Below are positions 26,719-38,563 of a DNA stretch of 64,000 nucleotides, one piece after another. Position 1 is the stretch's first letter. Each line of letters begins with the position of its first letter. A program made the translations under genes and the position numbers. This DNA comes from Phoronis australis (Eukaryota > Animalia > Phoronida): positions 194,804-258,803 of the forward strand of contig NMRA01000002.1 in assembly GCA_002633005.1 (NCBI GenBank). Reading direction: 5' to 3'. Below the pieces are notes generated by a model. The model made no database searches and was not told the DNA's origin. It was given only the letters and a program-made list of their open reading frames with translations.

Positions 26719-27729
26719 GTGGAAAAGGGGCCCGCAAGAGCCCGGTTCTGACTGCAAAGAATGTGCAAATTCCGACGGATAATGTCAGCAGTAATAAATC
26801 GCTGGACGCTCTTTTTCATATCACAGATCTGGAATTGCAGAACATCTCGAAGAACACTGCAACCACTGATCTGTTGGCATCTCGGACACCAGCTTTAGAA
26901 GCTGTTGGCCCAATGCTCCATCAGGTTGTCCGACTTCCTGGCCAGGAGAAAGGGATTGAAAAATACCAGCTGAAGTCAGACTCATTGGAAGAGCAAGGTT
27001 TAAAACTAGTATACACTAAACACACAATGTCCAACCAATACCAGTCAAATCCAGTCAGTTACGGCTCATATCGTCCGCGCGGATTCAAAGAGCAGAGTGG
27101 AGGAACTGCCTCCAATGTTTCTGCCAGTCCAACTGTCCCCATTTCAACCACCACCATTGGTGCTGCTATTTCTCCTCAGATTTTCCCAGAGATCACTGTT
27201 GGCAGGAAGCGAAAGCATCCACAGAAGCCCGGTCGCCATATTTGTCCATACTGCCAGCGTGGCTGTGCCAAGCCTAGTGTATTGCAAAAACACATCCGTG
27301 CTCACACTGGCGAGCGGCCATACCCTTGCGTACCTTGTGGCTTCTCTTTCAAGACAAAGAGTAACTTATACAAACACTGCAAATCCAGAGCCCATGCTGT
27401 AAAGGTAGGACAATCACCCAATTTTGAAGATGCCGCCAAATTTGGAAACGATGAAATATCAGACAGCGAGGATAACGGTAGTTCAACAGACACAGATGCT
27501 GAAGTAGACTCTTCTGCAATACCATTAAGTGCAACACCAGTGCCTCCTATTGACATTAAACCTATTACCACCCTGAGTTCAAATAGTGTGGTGTACCATA
27601 CTGAAAAGGAATACTATGATATTGTTCCTACTACCAATGAAGCTCCATCTGAAGTTCCGTTGTCTGTACAGCCAGAGCAGCAGCCACTCCGGCAGCAACA
27701 ACAGAAGCAACACCAGCAGCAGCAGCAAT

Positions 27730-27765
<36 letters not shown>

Positions 27766-30729
27766 CATTAGTGCTTCCTAAGCCGGTACAACAGCAACCT
27801 GCTGTCATTGTATTAGAGAATGAACCAACAAAATCTCTGATGGCACTATCAGAACCAACTGAAGCTACAGCAGCACTCAGGCAACTGGAAGACATGAGCG
27901 ATGAACTGGCACAGATGGCTGAAAATGCCAATGTGGTGATCACAAGCTCTGTACAAACACTGCCAGACAAACTGGTACGAGTCACAATCCAACTTAAGAG
28001 GCCGAAAGCATCAGATGGCAACACCGCAAGTGACACAGCTAAACCGCAACATCCTTCTGATGTTGGCAGTGCTAAGTTTTTACACTCGATAACAAAACCG
28101 GTTGATCACAGAACAATGAGTTCAGAGATGTTACACAATCGTATTCAACAACTTATTGCAGAAAACCAAGCAATTGTTGACACAGCTCCAATACTGGACC
28201 CTCCCAGGCAGAAACGACTTTCACGCCAAAACAGTGAGACAGCCAAGTCAGGCAACAACTCTCCGAAGAACATGCCATCGACGAGCGGTATGCAAAAATC
28301 TGAACAGTCTTTTTTAGAGATTACCGAGGCCTCGGACCGCCCACCTGAATTCCAAATGAATGCCAAATGGAAGTCTTTTGAACTCGGGCTCATTCCAGAG
28401 ATTCAGATAAGTCTCAAATTGCCAAAACCTCTGGAGAATGCAAAAAATCCGATAGTGCAAGAAGGAAGCGTTATCAAGCAACTACTGAGTGGGCTTGTTA
28501 CGTCACCATCATCAACTCCTACATCACTGGCTCCTCCCATCTTTGTTAATACAGACAAGATTGTTGACAAATATGGACCCTATCTCTGTCATACCTGCAA
28601 TGTATCATTTCGCAAAGACACCAGTCTTCAGATGCATCAGAGGTTCTATTGCCCCGAGCCGGCACAGTCAGAAAATACACTTCAAGCTGCCATCTTGTGC
28701 TTACAGGCTGAGCGAGAACGTGAAATACTTGACAAAGTCTTCCCTGAAGTGCCCGTCACTCCAGTAAGTCCAACAAAGTTTTCGTACAATAGCAATGGAA
28801 CATCTGCTGGCGAAGTTGGCTCCCCTAAGAAAAAGGGAAAACCAAAACTGAGCAGAACCAAGACGAGAGATAGCGAGAGCTCAGATGCGACACCTGTGCT
28901 TCTGTCTTCAAATCCTGCTGCTCCCACTCCGAGTGGTGGCTCCATCATCAAGATGTCTACGCCGTCTTTTCCTGCAAGCGTTCCCATTGGACCAGTCATT
29001 GTGGACAAATCACAGGACCCTTTCCCCGCTGGACCTGTAATTGTGAATGAAATGCACAAAGTTGTCCCTTTCGCATGTTTTGGTGGCAGTCTCCTGAAGC
29101 GATCCTTATCTGTTCCATCGTCGGCATTTTCCGGTGAGTCTTCAGTCCTGACTGCTCTTAAGGCGCAGTGCACCAACTCTTCATCAATTCATTCGAAAAT
29201 AGAGACCATCATCTCCAATACAACCACTTCACCATTAGCCAGATCCATGGCTACAACTGGTGTCCCATTAACCAACCAGCAAGAATCACAGTCAACATCA
29301 GCACCAACAACTTCTTCTTCTGCAAAGAATCTATGGAAGCTCCAGCTAAGGGGGAAACTATTAATGAAACGCTCCATGAGTGTTGAACGCATGCTTTCGA
29401 ATGAAGAGACTGACAAATCTTTCACCCCTACAAAAGTAATGAGCCGACCCAACTTGGCCTGCCCTTTGCCACCAGAAGCCCCGCGCTTAATGAGGAGCAT
29501 CACTGTCGATGCGTTACCTTTATCACGTGCAAGTGTAAAAATTGAACCAAAGAAAATACGTTTCAAACCTATAGCTAAAAGGCCGGAATCTCCAGTTTTG
29601 ACTGCCAAGCCACAGTTGGCTCTTCCCTCAAAATCATCTTCCAAAATTGTCAGATCGCTACAGGTGTTGAGAAATTCCTCTTGTTATGTTGCCACTTCAA
29701 AAGTTAGTCCTGTTAATTTTGTTCCCCTAGCCCAGGCTGGCTCAATGCCTCTCGTGCCAAGTATAATCCAAGGTAGCGTCATTAAAATACCCATGTACCG
29801 TGCTAAAAGTCTGGAAACTGTGACTCTGGCAACAAGCCAGGGAACATGTATAGTGCTTCCACATTTGTCCCTACCTCCAGTTCCTCCACATCACGTGTCT
29901 GTTATACAGACGACTCCGTCAACCACGAAGATGATTGCTTCACCGCGTGGCTCTCTAACGAATACTGTAAAAGCTAAATTCAGTGTGGCATCTGCTGTCA
30001 CAATTGCCAAACCTTTGTCTACTGAAACCAGAGAAGATGCAAAACATTGTACCCCTATCCAGAACATTCCACATATGCTCGCTGGGCACAACCTACCATC
30101 GCTTCGGTCGTCAACTCATGCCACATTCTGCTGCGTCCAGCAGAGTCAACCCATGTACGTCCAACAGGGATCCAATCGGAAGATTTCCATGTATTCCAAC
30201 TGGCGTGTAGCCGCATATAATCCTAACCCTCAGGGTCTGACCGCTGGAATGCTGTTCTCTCTCTACAGATCGCGACAGTATGCGTATGATCCTACTTATG
30301 TTATGTCTAAAGTGGGCAGCTCTCAGCCTGGTTCACTCACACATTCAAGTTACTGGAACTATTACAACAAACTTAAGGCCATTCAGTCACTGCAAGCGTC
30401 GCCATCTGCCACTAATGAAACCAAGCCGATTGCAGCGCCACCATGTGATAATCTTACCGCCAATGCTGTAACAGTGGCTGCAGCTACGTCTCCAGCAAAG
30501 ACAAAAGAGAGCACCACACCTTCAAAAATGAAGAAACGCTTATTTGCCGGTGGTTACAAGTCTAATGATTACTATGTTTATGTGAGAGGTCGAGGTCGTG
30601 GCAAGTATGTCTGTGAAGAATGTGGGATTCGCTGTAAAAAGCCAAGCATGTTGAAGAAGCACATTCGCACACACACTGACCTTCGACCTTACAGCTGCAA
30701 GCACTGTAGCTTCTCATTCAAAACAAAAG
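26719..30729 (+). CDS. shn: schnurri/HIVEP giant exon 2: ZF1-2, polyQ, central C2HC finger, ZF4 and start of ZF5
   Basis: HIVEP signatures KPGRHICPYCQRGCAKPSVLQKHIRAHTGERPYPCVPCGFSFKTKSNLYKHCKSRAH, ISMYSNW and GGYKSNDYYVYVRGRGRGKYVCEECGIRCKKPSMLKKHIRTHTDLRPY. Acceptor tttttcag, donor G|GTGAG. Confidence 0.96.
27692..27764 (+). repeat. CAG/CAA repeat encoding a polyQ tract in Shn
   Basis: QQQQKQHQQQQQYQQQQQQQQQQQ. Confidence 0.95.
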
Positions 30730-31370
30730 GTGAGATTTTTTGTATCGCTTGTATTTACCTGGCATTATGCAGTTGTGGATGATACTTTAAATCCTTTGAC
30801 AGTTTTTAATTTATTTTTTCACAGATTACAAGATACTATCTAGTCTTGCTGTAGGTCTCAGTGTTTGCTTCTATTTGTACACGTTTTCCATAACGTGCTC
30901 CGGGCATATAGAAAGTCAGGTTCCAAACACATGCTGTTCTGCAATCTGTGACGAGATGTTATGCCAATGCCGTCGCTGGTAGTTTTACAAAAATTTCGTC
31001 GACTACAGATTATTCTCACACCAGGAGGAGGAACTTTGTCATGATGAAATATACAAGAATTAGCCTCTGGTTTGGGCTGTAATGAGAAACAATCACAGAT
31101 CATTACTGTTCTGAAAGGTAGTCACCAGGGTCAAAAAACAAAATAACCCAGCTGCTAGACAAAAATTGAAACTTGAGGTCAAGTGAAAATTTGCACTTTA
31201 AACTTTATTTCTTTAATTACCGTGCTTTTGAAGATTTAATTTAATTATGTGTTTCAGTGGTGGCTCTCAGTTACTGGCACTTTTTGCAATGAATGTGACA
31301 CAATAACCTATGTACCATGTGTATTTAACTTGCTCTAACATGCTAAAAGGCTTAGCATCTTTATCGCCAG

Positions 31371-31570
31371 GTAACTTGACAAAGCACATGAAGTCAAAGG
31401 CTCACTCGAAGCGCTGTATGGAGTTAGGCATTGTGCCAGTACCAACAATGGTTGACGACTCTCAGATTGACAATGAGGCTCTGGAACGTCAGCAGGAGAT
31501 CTCCAGGGAAAGTAAAATTTTGGAAGACAAGCGGGCGCTTAAGACAATGAAAGCAGAATTAAAGGATCAG
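31371..31570 (+). CDS. shn: schnurri/HIVEP exon 3 (end of ZF5)
   Basis: GNLTKHMKSKAHSKRCMELG completes the HIVEP finger. Acceptor ccag, donor CAG|GTACAG. Confidence 0.93.
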
Positions 31571-32277
31571 GTACAGAATAGTTTCATGCTAGGCAGTTGT
31601 CATGGCAACAGGAAAATGGTGTTAGCATTAACAAAACCAAGGCAATGATATCTGATAATTTTTTCCAGTTCAAAAATTGATAGACTGGTTCGAATTCTCT
31701 GTCTTCTCATTAGTTGCGGGTATGGCACCTTGTTGCTTTTTTCTCAAGTGGGAGAGTTAGTTAGGTGACTGAGAATTTGTTGTCAACACGTGTGACTATT
31801 TGCTGGGTTGTATTATATGATGTAGGTATGTGGGATTACTTCAATCTTTACATCATCTTTGGTCTGGGGATACCAAAGTGATGATGCCCAAGAAAGAAAG
31901 TTGGTATTGTCTAGGGTATCCATTTTCTTGCCCAGATGTTTGGTTCCTCTCGATTTTGAATTTCTGGCATCACCCCTACTGAGTAGGAGGAGGAGAACCG
32001 TCTGTTTGAATACCTCCATACCTCTAAGGTATTATTTGCTCATGCTTTGCTGGCTCTTTAATAAAACACCTCGTGGGTGTTACTGGAACTTCTTAAAGTA
32101 CATTCGTGATTGCAATTTTTGTTACACAGTAAGGAATTTTGACAATCCTGAGTACATCTGCTGACTACTTGGGCTGGTCTCTTATTACAAAGTTGCATTA
32201 TGGCAAAATCTTAACTTTGCATTAAGGTCAAGTCACTCTGTTAACCTACTAAGTGAAAGTCATTACGTTTTTCTTAG

Positions 32278-32423
32278 GGAGGTGATGATGAAGATGATCA
32301 TGATGAAGAGGATGATGAGTTTGAAGATGAGGAGGATGACAGCGACGAGGAGAGTTGTGAGGAAGATGATGAACCTAACCTCATCATCAATGAAGAACTT
32401 GGCAACAGTTCAAGTAACACTGT
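32278..32423 (+). CDS. shn: schnurri/HIVEP exon 4 (acidic tract)
   Basis: GGDDEDDHDEEDDEFEDEEDDSDEES, the acidic region typical after the ZAS finger pair. Acceptor ttcttag, phase-2 donor GT|GTAAG. Confidence 0.85.
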
Positions 32424-33366
32424 GTAAGGGATTATAGTTAAAAATGCTGTGAATGCCCGTGTTCTTTAATAAGGTTTTGTATGTATTTGAATATGGTGCA
32501 TGCTGATTACCATGTATCTTTGTGAATATGCGATCAAAGAAATTAAAACTGCAGTACATGGCGCCACTCACCTGAGTGGAAAGGTGCCTGTACCTTTGTA
32601 AATGGGACTTTTTGTGGCATTTTTACTGGGAAGGGAATTTTTGTGCCATTTTTACTAACCAAGAGGGGAATTTTTGTGAGGTTTATTTGTTGCATTGCTT
32701 TTCATGACAATGGTATATTGCAAATTTTTTGTCTTGATAAGGGGAATTCTGAGTGATTTTTAAATATTTTTGAGAAGGAAAGGTGGCCGTTATTTGTTTT
32801 TTGCTGAAAATGATCCTGCACAACCAACTCGACCCTTGTCAAATCAATATTTTGACATGGTGCTGGGTAAAACGCTGCATGTTGTCAGTCACCATGCAGG
32901 GCTCTTGTTCACATTAAGGGAAGTTAATCGTGCCTTCTAAGAAGGGAATTTTTTGGGTGAGGGAAAAATTGTCCCTCCCACAGCAACCACCAATAGCATC
33001 CCACTCCCCCACACCCATTGCCGCCCATCGTTGGCTCCTGCCTCAAGGAAAGTAACATTTTGTGCTGATTCAAATTGTCAAGTGTGTGAGTTACAAGTGG
33101 TTCTAACCTCAAAGGGAACTTTGAATCACTTGAGGGGAATTTTGTGCAATTTTTAAATATTTTTTCAAAGGAGAATGGGTTGGATATTGGACCCCAAATC
33201 AAGGAACCGAGAACCCCGTCATGTGTATCATCTTACAGTCACAGGTCATGTTTTTGCAGGTTTTTGTGTTTTTTGATTATTCATTGTTACTCTGCATAAT
33301 TCAGTTAGGGATGTGTTAAGATAATTCTACTTTGTTGTTTATTGTGTGATATCAGCACTATAATTT

Positions 33367-33549
33367 CATCGCTGTGGCGAGTCATTGCTGTGGCGAGTCA
33401 TCGCTGTGGCGAGTCATCGCTGTGGCGAGTCATCGCTGTGGCGAGTCATCGCTGTGGCGAGTCATCGCTGTGGCGAGTCATCGCTGTGGCGAGTCATCGC
33501 TGTGGCGAGTCATCGCTGTGGCGAGTCATCGCTGTGGCGAGTCATTGCT
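33367..33549 (+). repeat. 16-bp minisatellite (catcgctgtggcgagt) x~11
   Basis: Near-perfect head-to-tail units with no spacers. Confidence 0.95.
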
Positions 33550-34656
33550 TTTTGTCAGAATGTCATGCTTAATACACAGTCATGTATCATGGTGAGGTTG
33601 TTTTACAGAGGAAACGCTGTGGAGGAACTGGAACTTGATCAAGAGAGGATCACAAGTGTTGTTGGGATGCCAGTGGAAATGCAAGTTTTCATTTTAGCTG
33701 ACGTGTGTGCATCTGGTGTAGATTCACAGTTCTGCTAGCTCCATTAAAATAAGGTTGTGTGGGACCCTAGAAAAACATCCCAATTTGGCTGACGTCAGAA
33801 CATTATATCTCAGAACTGGCTGATCGTATTCATGTAATGAAATTTTCAGATAATATTCTGTATGCTCTGTGTTCCAAAATGTTGTTGGAATTGTTTTTTT
33901 TTAGAAAGTTTCAATTCTACTTGAGATACTATCAAAAATAGGACTTTAATATAGAAAGCTAAAAAAATGCATAAAACAACAAACGAAATGCTTATGTGGA
34001 AAACTGTATCAGTGTTTTTGAGAGATTAAATGAAATTTGGTTATGTTAATGGTACTGTGGTTTTACTATGAATTCAACTTTCTGTTTTCCTAAATTTTAC
34101 TGAAAGACATGGTCATGTGACCCAATTAATGCCAAATTGGTATTGATGCAACAGTCCACATGCCTTCTCCTTTCAGAAATGTATAATACTTTTTCTGAGT
34201 TAAAATCTGTTGTTCTGCATAATGATTTTTGTAGCTTAGTGGCATTTGTGTGGCTTTAAAAAAGATTGAGATTTTTCTAAAAATGATACGGACAGGTACT
34301 TTTCCTGCTTTTTTAAGCAGCGAGGCACATGTTTCAAAATGAGTCTAGGTGCATCCCGGCAGGCTACAATCAACTGGTTTTGTTTGGCCTAAGTGATAAT
34401 TTCAATTTTTGTTGCTGTGGCTCCATCTAGTCGCTGTGCTCAAAATAATGTGCATCCCCTCAATTGTAGCTATCCTTTTTGCTAGCCACCAGGTGGATGT
34501 ATAGCAACATTTTGCATTACGACTCTTGTTAATTGTCTGACCAACCAGTGATCAAGTTTTTATCCTAAATCTATACATATATACTAAGAAAGCTTGTTGA
34601 ATGCTATAGAGAATCATGTTTCGTTCCATGTAATAGTGTTCACCATTCTCTTGCAG

Positions 34657-34736
34657 TGGCAGAGGACTCCTGCCCGCTCCAGGAAGCGCTCTTGGTAATG
34701 GTGGAATGGCAACTTCATCAGGAAATGCTGTAAATG
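34657..34736 (+). CDS. shn: schnurri/HIVEP exon 5 (copy 1)
   Basis: 80 nt, phase 2 to 1, GRGLLPAPGSALGNGGMATSSGNAVN. It restores frame between exons 4 and 6. Confidence 0.7.
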
Positions 34737-35577
34737 GTAACGTTTTGCTACTTTTCAGCTATTCTTATCAGTTTTTATTTCTGCACACAGACAATGCAGA
34801 GTGAATCAATCACAAAAGCAAGAAAAAGCCAAGATTTCTGTGCAAGTTGTGCTTGCGTGCTCAAAGCTCTCAGACTTCCCTGCAGTGAATGGTTTGGGCC
34901 TGTCTGCATATAAAAATTCTCTCGCATATGCTTTTCCCCTCTTGCAAACGCATGTTCCCTCTGCCTAGACCACTTTTTCCATCTCATAGACATATTTCTC
35001 TGCTGTAGACATATTACTCTTGCTTCAGCACATTATTCCCTTCTGTGAAAGCTAGTCTATACCCTCGCACGCTATCTCCCATTTTGCATAACCTGATGTA
35101 AAATCATTATGCACAAATCAAGTATGAAAGGTCTCTACTTATAAATATATCACTGCCAATTTTTGATTGTTTGTTTTCTGTAGAATCATTTCACAATTCA
35201 TATTCAAATAATCTTCTATGCAATAAAGTGTTCAGTTGTCACTCCTTTTATTCAGCTCTTCTCGTTCACGAGGTATGAATTAAACCTATTGACCTAGTGT
35301 TTCTGATTTGAGACGGAAAAGAAAACTATTCAAGTCTGCATTGCAACTGACAGTGCATCAGTCATCTTTAGTAATAGAATGGCGAACATCAAAATAATTT
35401 TGCAGTAAGATAGCGATTAGTAGGGCTAATTAAGTAGTGTACAACTGTGGTATAAGTGCCATAATGGCACGCAGCATTAAAGTTATGGGTAATTAATGCA
35501 GAATCAGGGAGGGCGCCACAGGATTTTGTTACATGGCAATGGTAGTGTGGCAACACCTGTTCCTGCAGAAAAACTTA

Positions 35578-35827
35578 CCGTAATCGTTCGGGTTAACGCC
35601 CATGCTCAGTTAACCGCCCATCCCCGACTTTAAGTGGATTTTCGATTTAACCGCCCACTGCTCAGTTAAGCGCCCCCCTGCGATTTTTGAAGATTTCCAG
35701 TTAAGCGCCCATCCCCGACTTTAGGTGGATTTTCGATTTAACCGCCCACTGCTCGGTTAACCGCCCTCCCCCGATTTTTTGGATTCGCCAATTTAACCGC
35801 CCAGGGCGTTAACCCGAACGATTACGG
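35578..35827. mobile_element. Tc1/mariner-superfamily (pogo-like) MITE, 250 bp, TA TSD
   Basis: TIR ccgtaatcgttcgggttaacgccc / gggcgttaacccgaacgattacgg, flanked by TA. The empty site aaaactTActggg is present in the duplicate block (~38323). Confidence 0.92.
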
Positions 35828-35939
35828 TACTGGGAGCATTTTATATTCTTGCACTAAAGGAATAAAAAGTGGCGTAACAACTGTCTTGCCAGTGTTGCCA
35901 GGACCTGGAACTATTCATTGTAATATGTTGCACTTCCAG

Positions 35940-36068
35940 AAGCCGCCATTCACCGACAGGCTATAGATGCAGAGATAGCGCGAAGTCTTCTTGACCTGTC
36001 TAAGCAAGCTACTGACCATTCAACAATTGAAAAACCAAAGCACTCCACAGATACAGACACTACAAAAA
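35940..36068 (+). CDS. shn: schnurri/HIVEP exon 6 (copy 1)
   Basis: 129 nt, phase 1 to 1, EAAIHRQAIDAEIARSLLDLSKQ. Acceptor cttccag, donor GTAAGT. Confidence 0.75.
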
Positions 36069-36218
36069 GTAAGTCCTTTGAANTTATAGTCACAGGTCAT
36101 GTTTTTGCAGGTTTTTCTGTTTTTTTGATTATTCATTGTTACTCTGCAGAATTCAGTTAGGGATTTGTTAAGATAATTCTACTTTGTTGTTTATTGTGTG
36201 ATATCAGCACTATAATTT

Positions 36219-36320
36219 CATCGCTGTGGCGAGTCATCGCTGTGGCGAGTCATCGCTGTGGCGAGTCATCGCTGTGGCGAGTCATCGCTGTGGCGAGTCA
36301 TCGCTGTGGCGAGTCATTGC
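36219..36320 (+). repeat. Same 16-bp minisatellite x~6 in the duplicate block
   Basis: Same flanks as 33367-33549 with fewer units. Confidence 0.95.
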
Positions 36321-37406
36321 CTTTTGTCAGAATGTCATGCCTAATACACATTCATGTATCTTGGTGAGGTTGTTTTACAGAGGAAACCCTGTGGAGGAAC
36401 TGGAACTTGATCAAGAGAGGATCACAGGTGTTGTTGGGATGCCAGTGGAAATGTAAGTTTTCATTTTAGCTGACGTGTGTGCATCTGGTGTAGATTCACA
36501 GTTCTGCTAGCTCCATTAAAATAAGGTTGTGTGGGACCCTAGAAAAACATCCCAATTTGGCTGACGTCAGAACATTATATCTCAGAACTGGCTGATCGTA
36601 TTCATGTAATGAAATTTTCAGATAATATTCTGTATGCTCTGTGTTCCAAAATGTTGTTGGAATTGTTTTTTTTTTTAGAAAGTTTCAATTCTACTTGAGA
36701 TGCTATCAAAAATAGAAAGCTAAAAAAATGCATAAAACAACAAACGAAATGCTTATGTGGAAAACTGACAGCGTTTTTGAGAGATTAAATGAAATTAAGC
36801 TATGTTAATGGTACTGTGGTTTTACTATGAATTCACCTTTCTGTTTTCCTAAATTTTACTGTAAGACATGGTCACGTGACCCAATTAATGGCAAATTGTT
36901 ATTGATACAAAAGTCCACTTGCCTTCTCCTTTCAGAAATGTATACTTTTTCTGAGTTAAAATCTATTGTTCTGCATAATGATTTTTGTAGCTTAGTGGCA
37001 TTTGTGTGGCTTTTAAAAAGATTGAGATCTTTTCTAAAAATGGTACGGACAGGTACTTTTCCTCCTGTTTTAAGCAGCGAGGCCCATGTTTCAAAATGAG
37101 TCTGGGTGCAGCCCGCCAGGCTACAAACAAGTGTGGTTTTGTTTGGACTAAGTGATAATTTCAATTTTTGTTACTGTGGCTCCATCTAGTCACAGTGCTC
37201 AAAATAATGTGCATCCCCTCAATTGTAGCTATGCTTTTTGCTAGCCACCAGGTGGATGTATAGCAACATTTTGCATTAGGACTCTTGTTAATTGTCTGAC
37301 CAGCCAGTGATCAGTTTTTATCTGTACATATATACTAAGAAAGCTTGTATATGCTATAGAGAATCATGTTTCGTTCGATGTAATAGTTTTCGCCATTCTC
37401 TTGCAG

Positions 37407-37486
37407 TGGCAGAGGACTTCTGCCTGCTCCAGGAAGCGCTCTTGGCAATGGTGGAATGGCAACTTCATCAGGAAATGCTGTAAATG
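37407..37486 (+). CDS. shn: schnurri/HIVEP exon 5 (copy 2, probably allelic)
   Basis: Same peptide as 34657-34736 with only synonymous changes (CTC/CTT, CCC/CCT, GGT/GGC). Confidence 0.65.
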
Positions 37487-38434
37487 GTAACATTTTGCTA
37501 CTTTTCATCTATTCAGTTTTTATTTCTACACACAGACAATGCAGATTGAATCAATCACAAAAGCAAGAAAAAAGCCAAGATTTCTGTGCAAATTGTGCTT
37601 GCGTGTTCAAAGCACTCAAACTTCCCTGCAGTGAATGGTTTGGGCCTGTCTGCATACAAAATTCTCTCGCATATGCTTTTCCCCTCTTGCGAACGCATGT
37701 TCCCTCTGCCCAGACCACTTTTTCCATTTCATAGACATATTTCTGTGCTGTAGACATATTACTCTTGCTTCAGCACATTATTCCCTTCTGTGAAAGCTAG
37801 TCTATACCCTCACACGCTATCTCCCATTTTGCATAACCTCATGTAAAATCATTATGCACCAATCAACTATGAAAGGTCTCTACTTATAAATAAATCACTG
37901 CCAATTTTTGATTGTTTGTTTTCTGTAGAATCATTTCACAATTCATATTCAAATAATCTTCTATGCAATAAAGTGTTCAGTTGTCACTCCTTTTATTCAA
38001 CTCTTCTCGTTCACGAGGTATGAATTAAACCTATTGACCTAGTTTCTGATTTGAGACGGAAAAGAAAACTATTCAAGTCTGCATTGCAACTGACAGTGCA
38101 TCAGTCATTAGTAATAGAAAGGCGAACATCAAAATAATTTTGCAGTAAGATAGTGATTAGTAGGGCTAATTAAGTAGTGTACAACTGTGGTATAAGTGCC
38201 GTATCGCGTAATGGCACGCAGCATTAAAGTTATGGGTAATTAATGCAGAATCAGGGAGGGCACCACAGGATTTTGTTACATGGCAATGGTAGTGTTGCAA
38301 CACCTGTTCCTGCAGAAAAACTTACTGGGAGCATTTTATATTCTTGCACTAAAGGAATAAAAAGTGGCGTAACAACTGTCTTGCCAGTGTTGCCAGGACC
38401 TGGAACTATTCATTGTAATATGTTGCACTTCCAG

Positions 38435-38563
38435 AAGCCGCCATTCACCGACAGGCTATAGATGCAGAGATAGCGCGAAGTCTTCTTGACCTGTCTAAGC
38501 AAGCTACTGACCATTCAACAATTGAAAAACCAAAGCACTCCACAGATACAGACACTACAAAAA
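38435..38563 (+). CDS. shn: schnurri/HIVEP exon 6 (copy 2, probably allelic)
   Basis: Appears identical to 35940-36068. Confidence 0.7.

Noticed and set aside
27097-30471. Overlapping and antisense ORFs, including poly-Cys and poly-Leu
   Set aside because: Shadows of the shn exon and its CAG repeat.
26763-30782. The 1339-aa ORF as a standalone gene
   Set aside because: It starts at GTG inside an exon and reads through a donor in the middle of a zinc finger; it is exon 2 of a spliced gene.
33367-33549. CRISPR-like array or repetitive ORFs (ASHRCGESSLWRVIAV)n
   Set aside because: Contiguous 16-bp units with no spacers, no cas genes and a eukaryotic intron context; the ORFs are by-products of a stop-free repeat.
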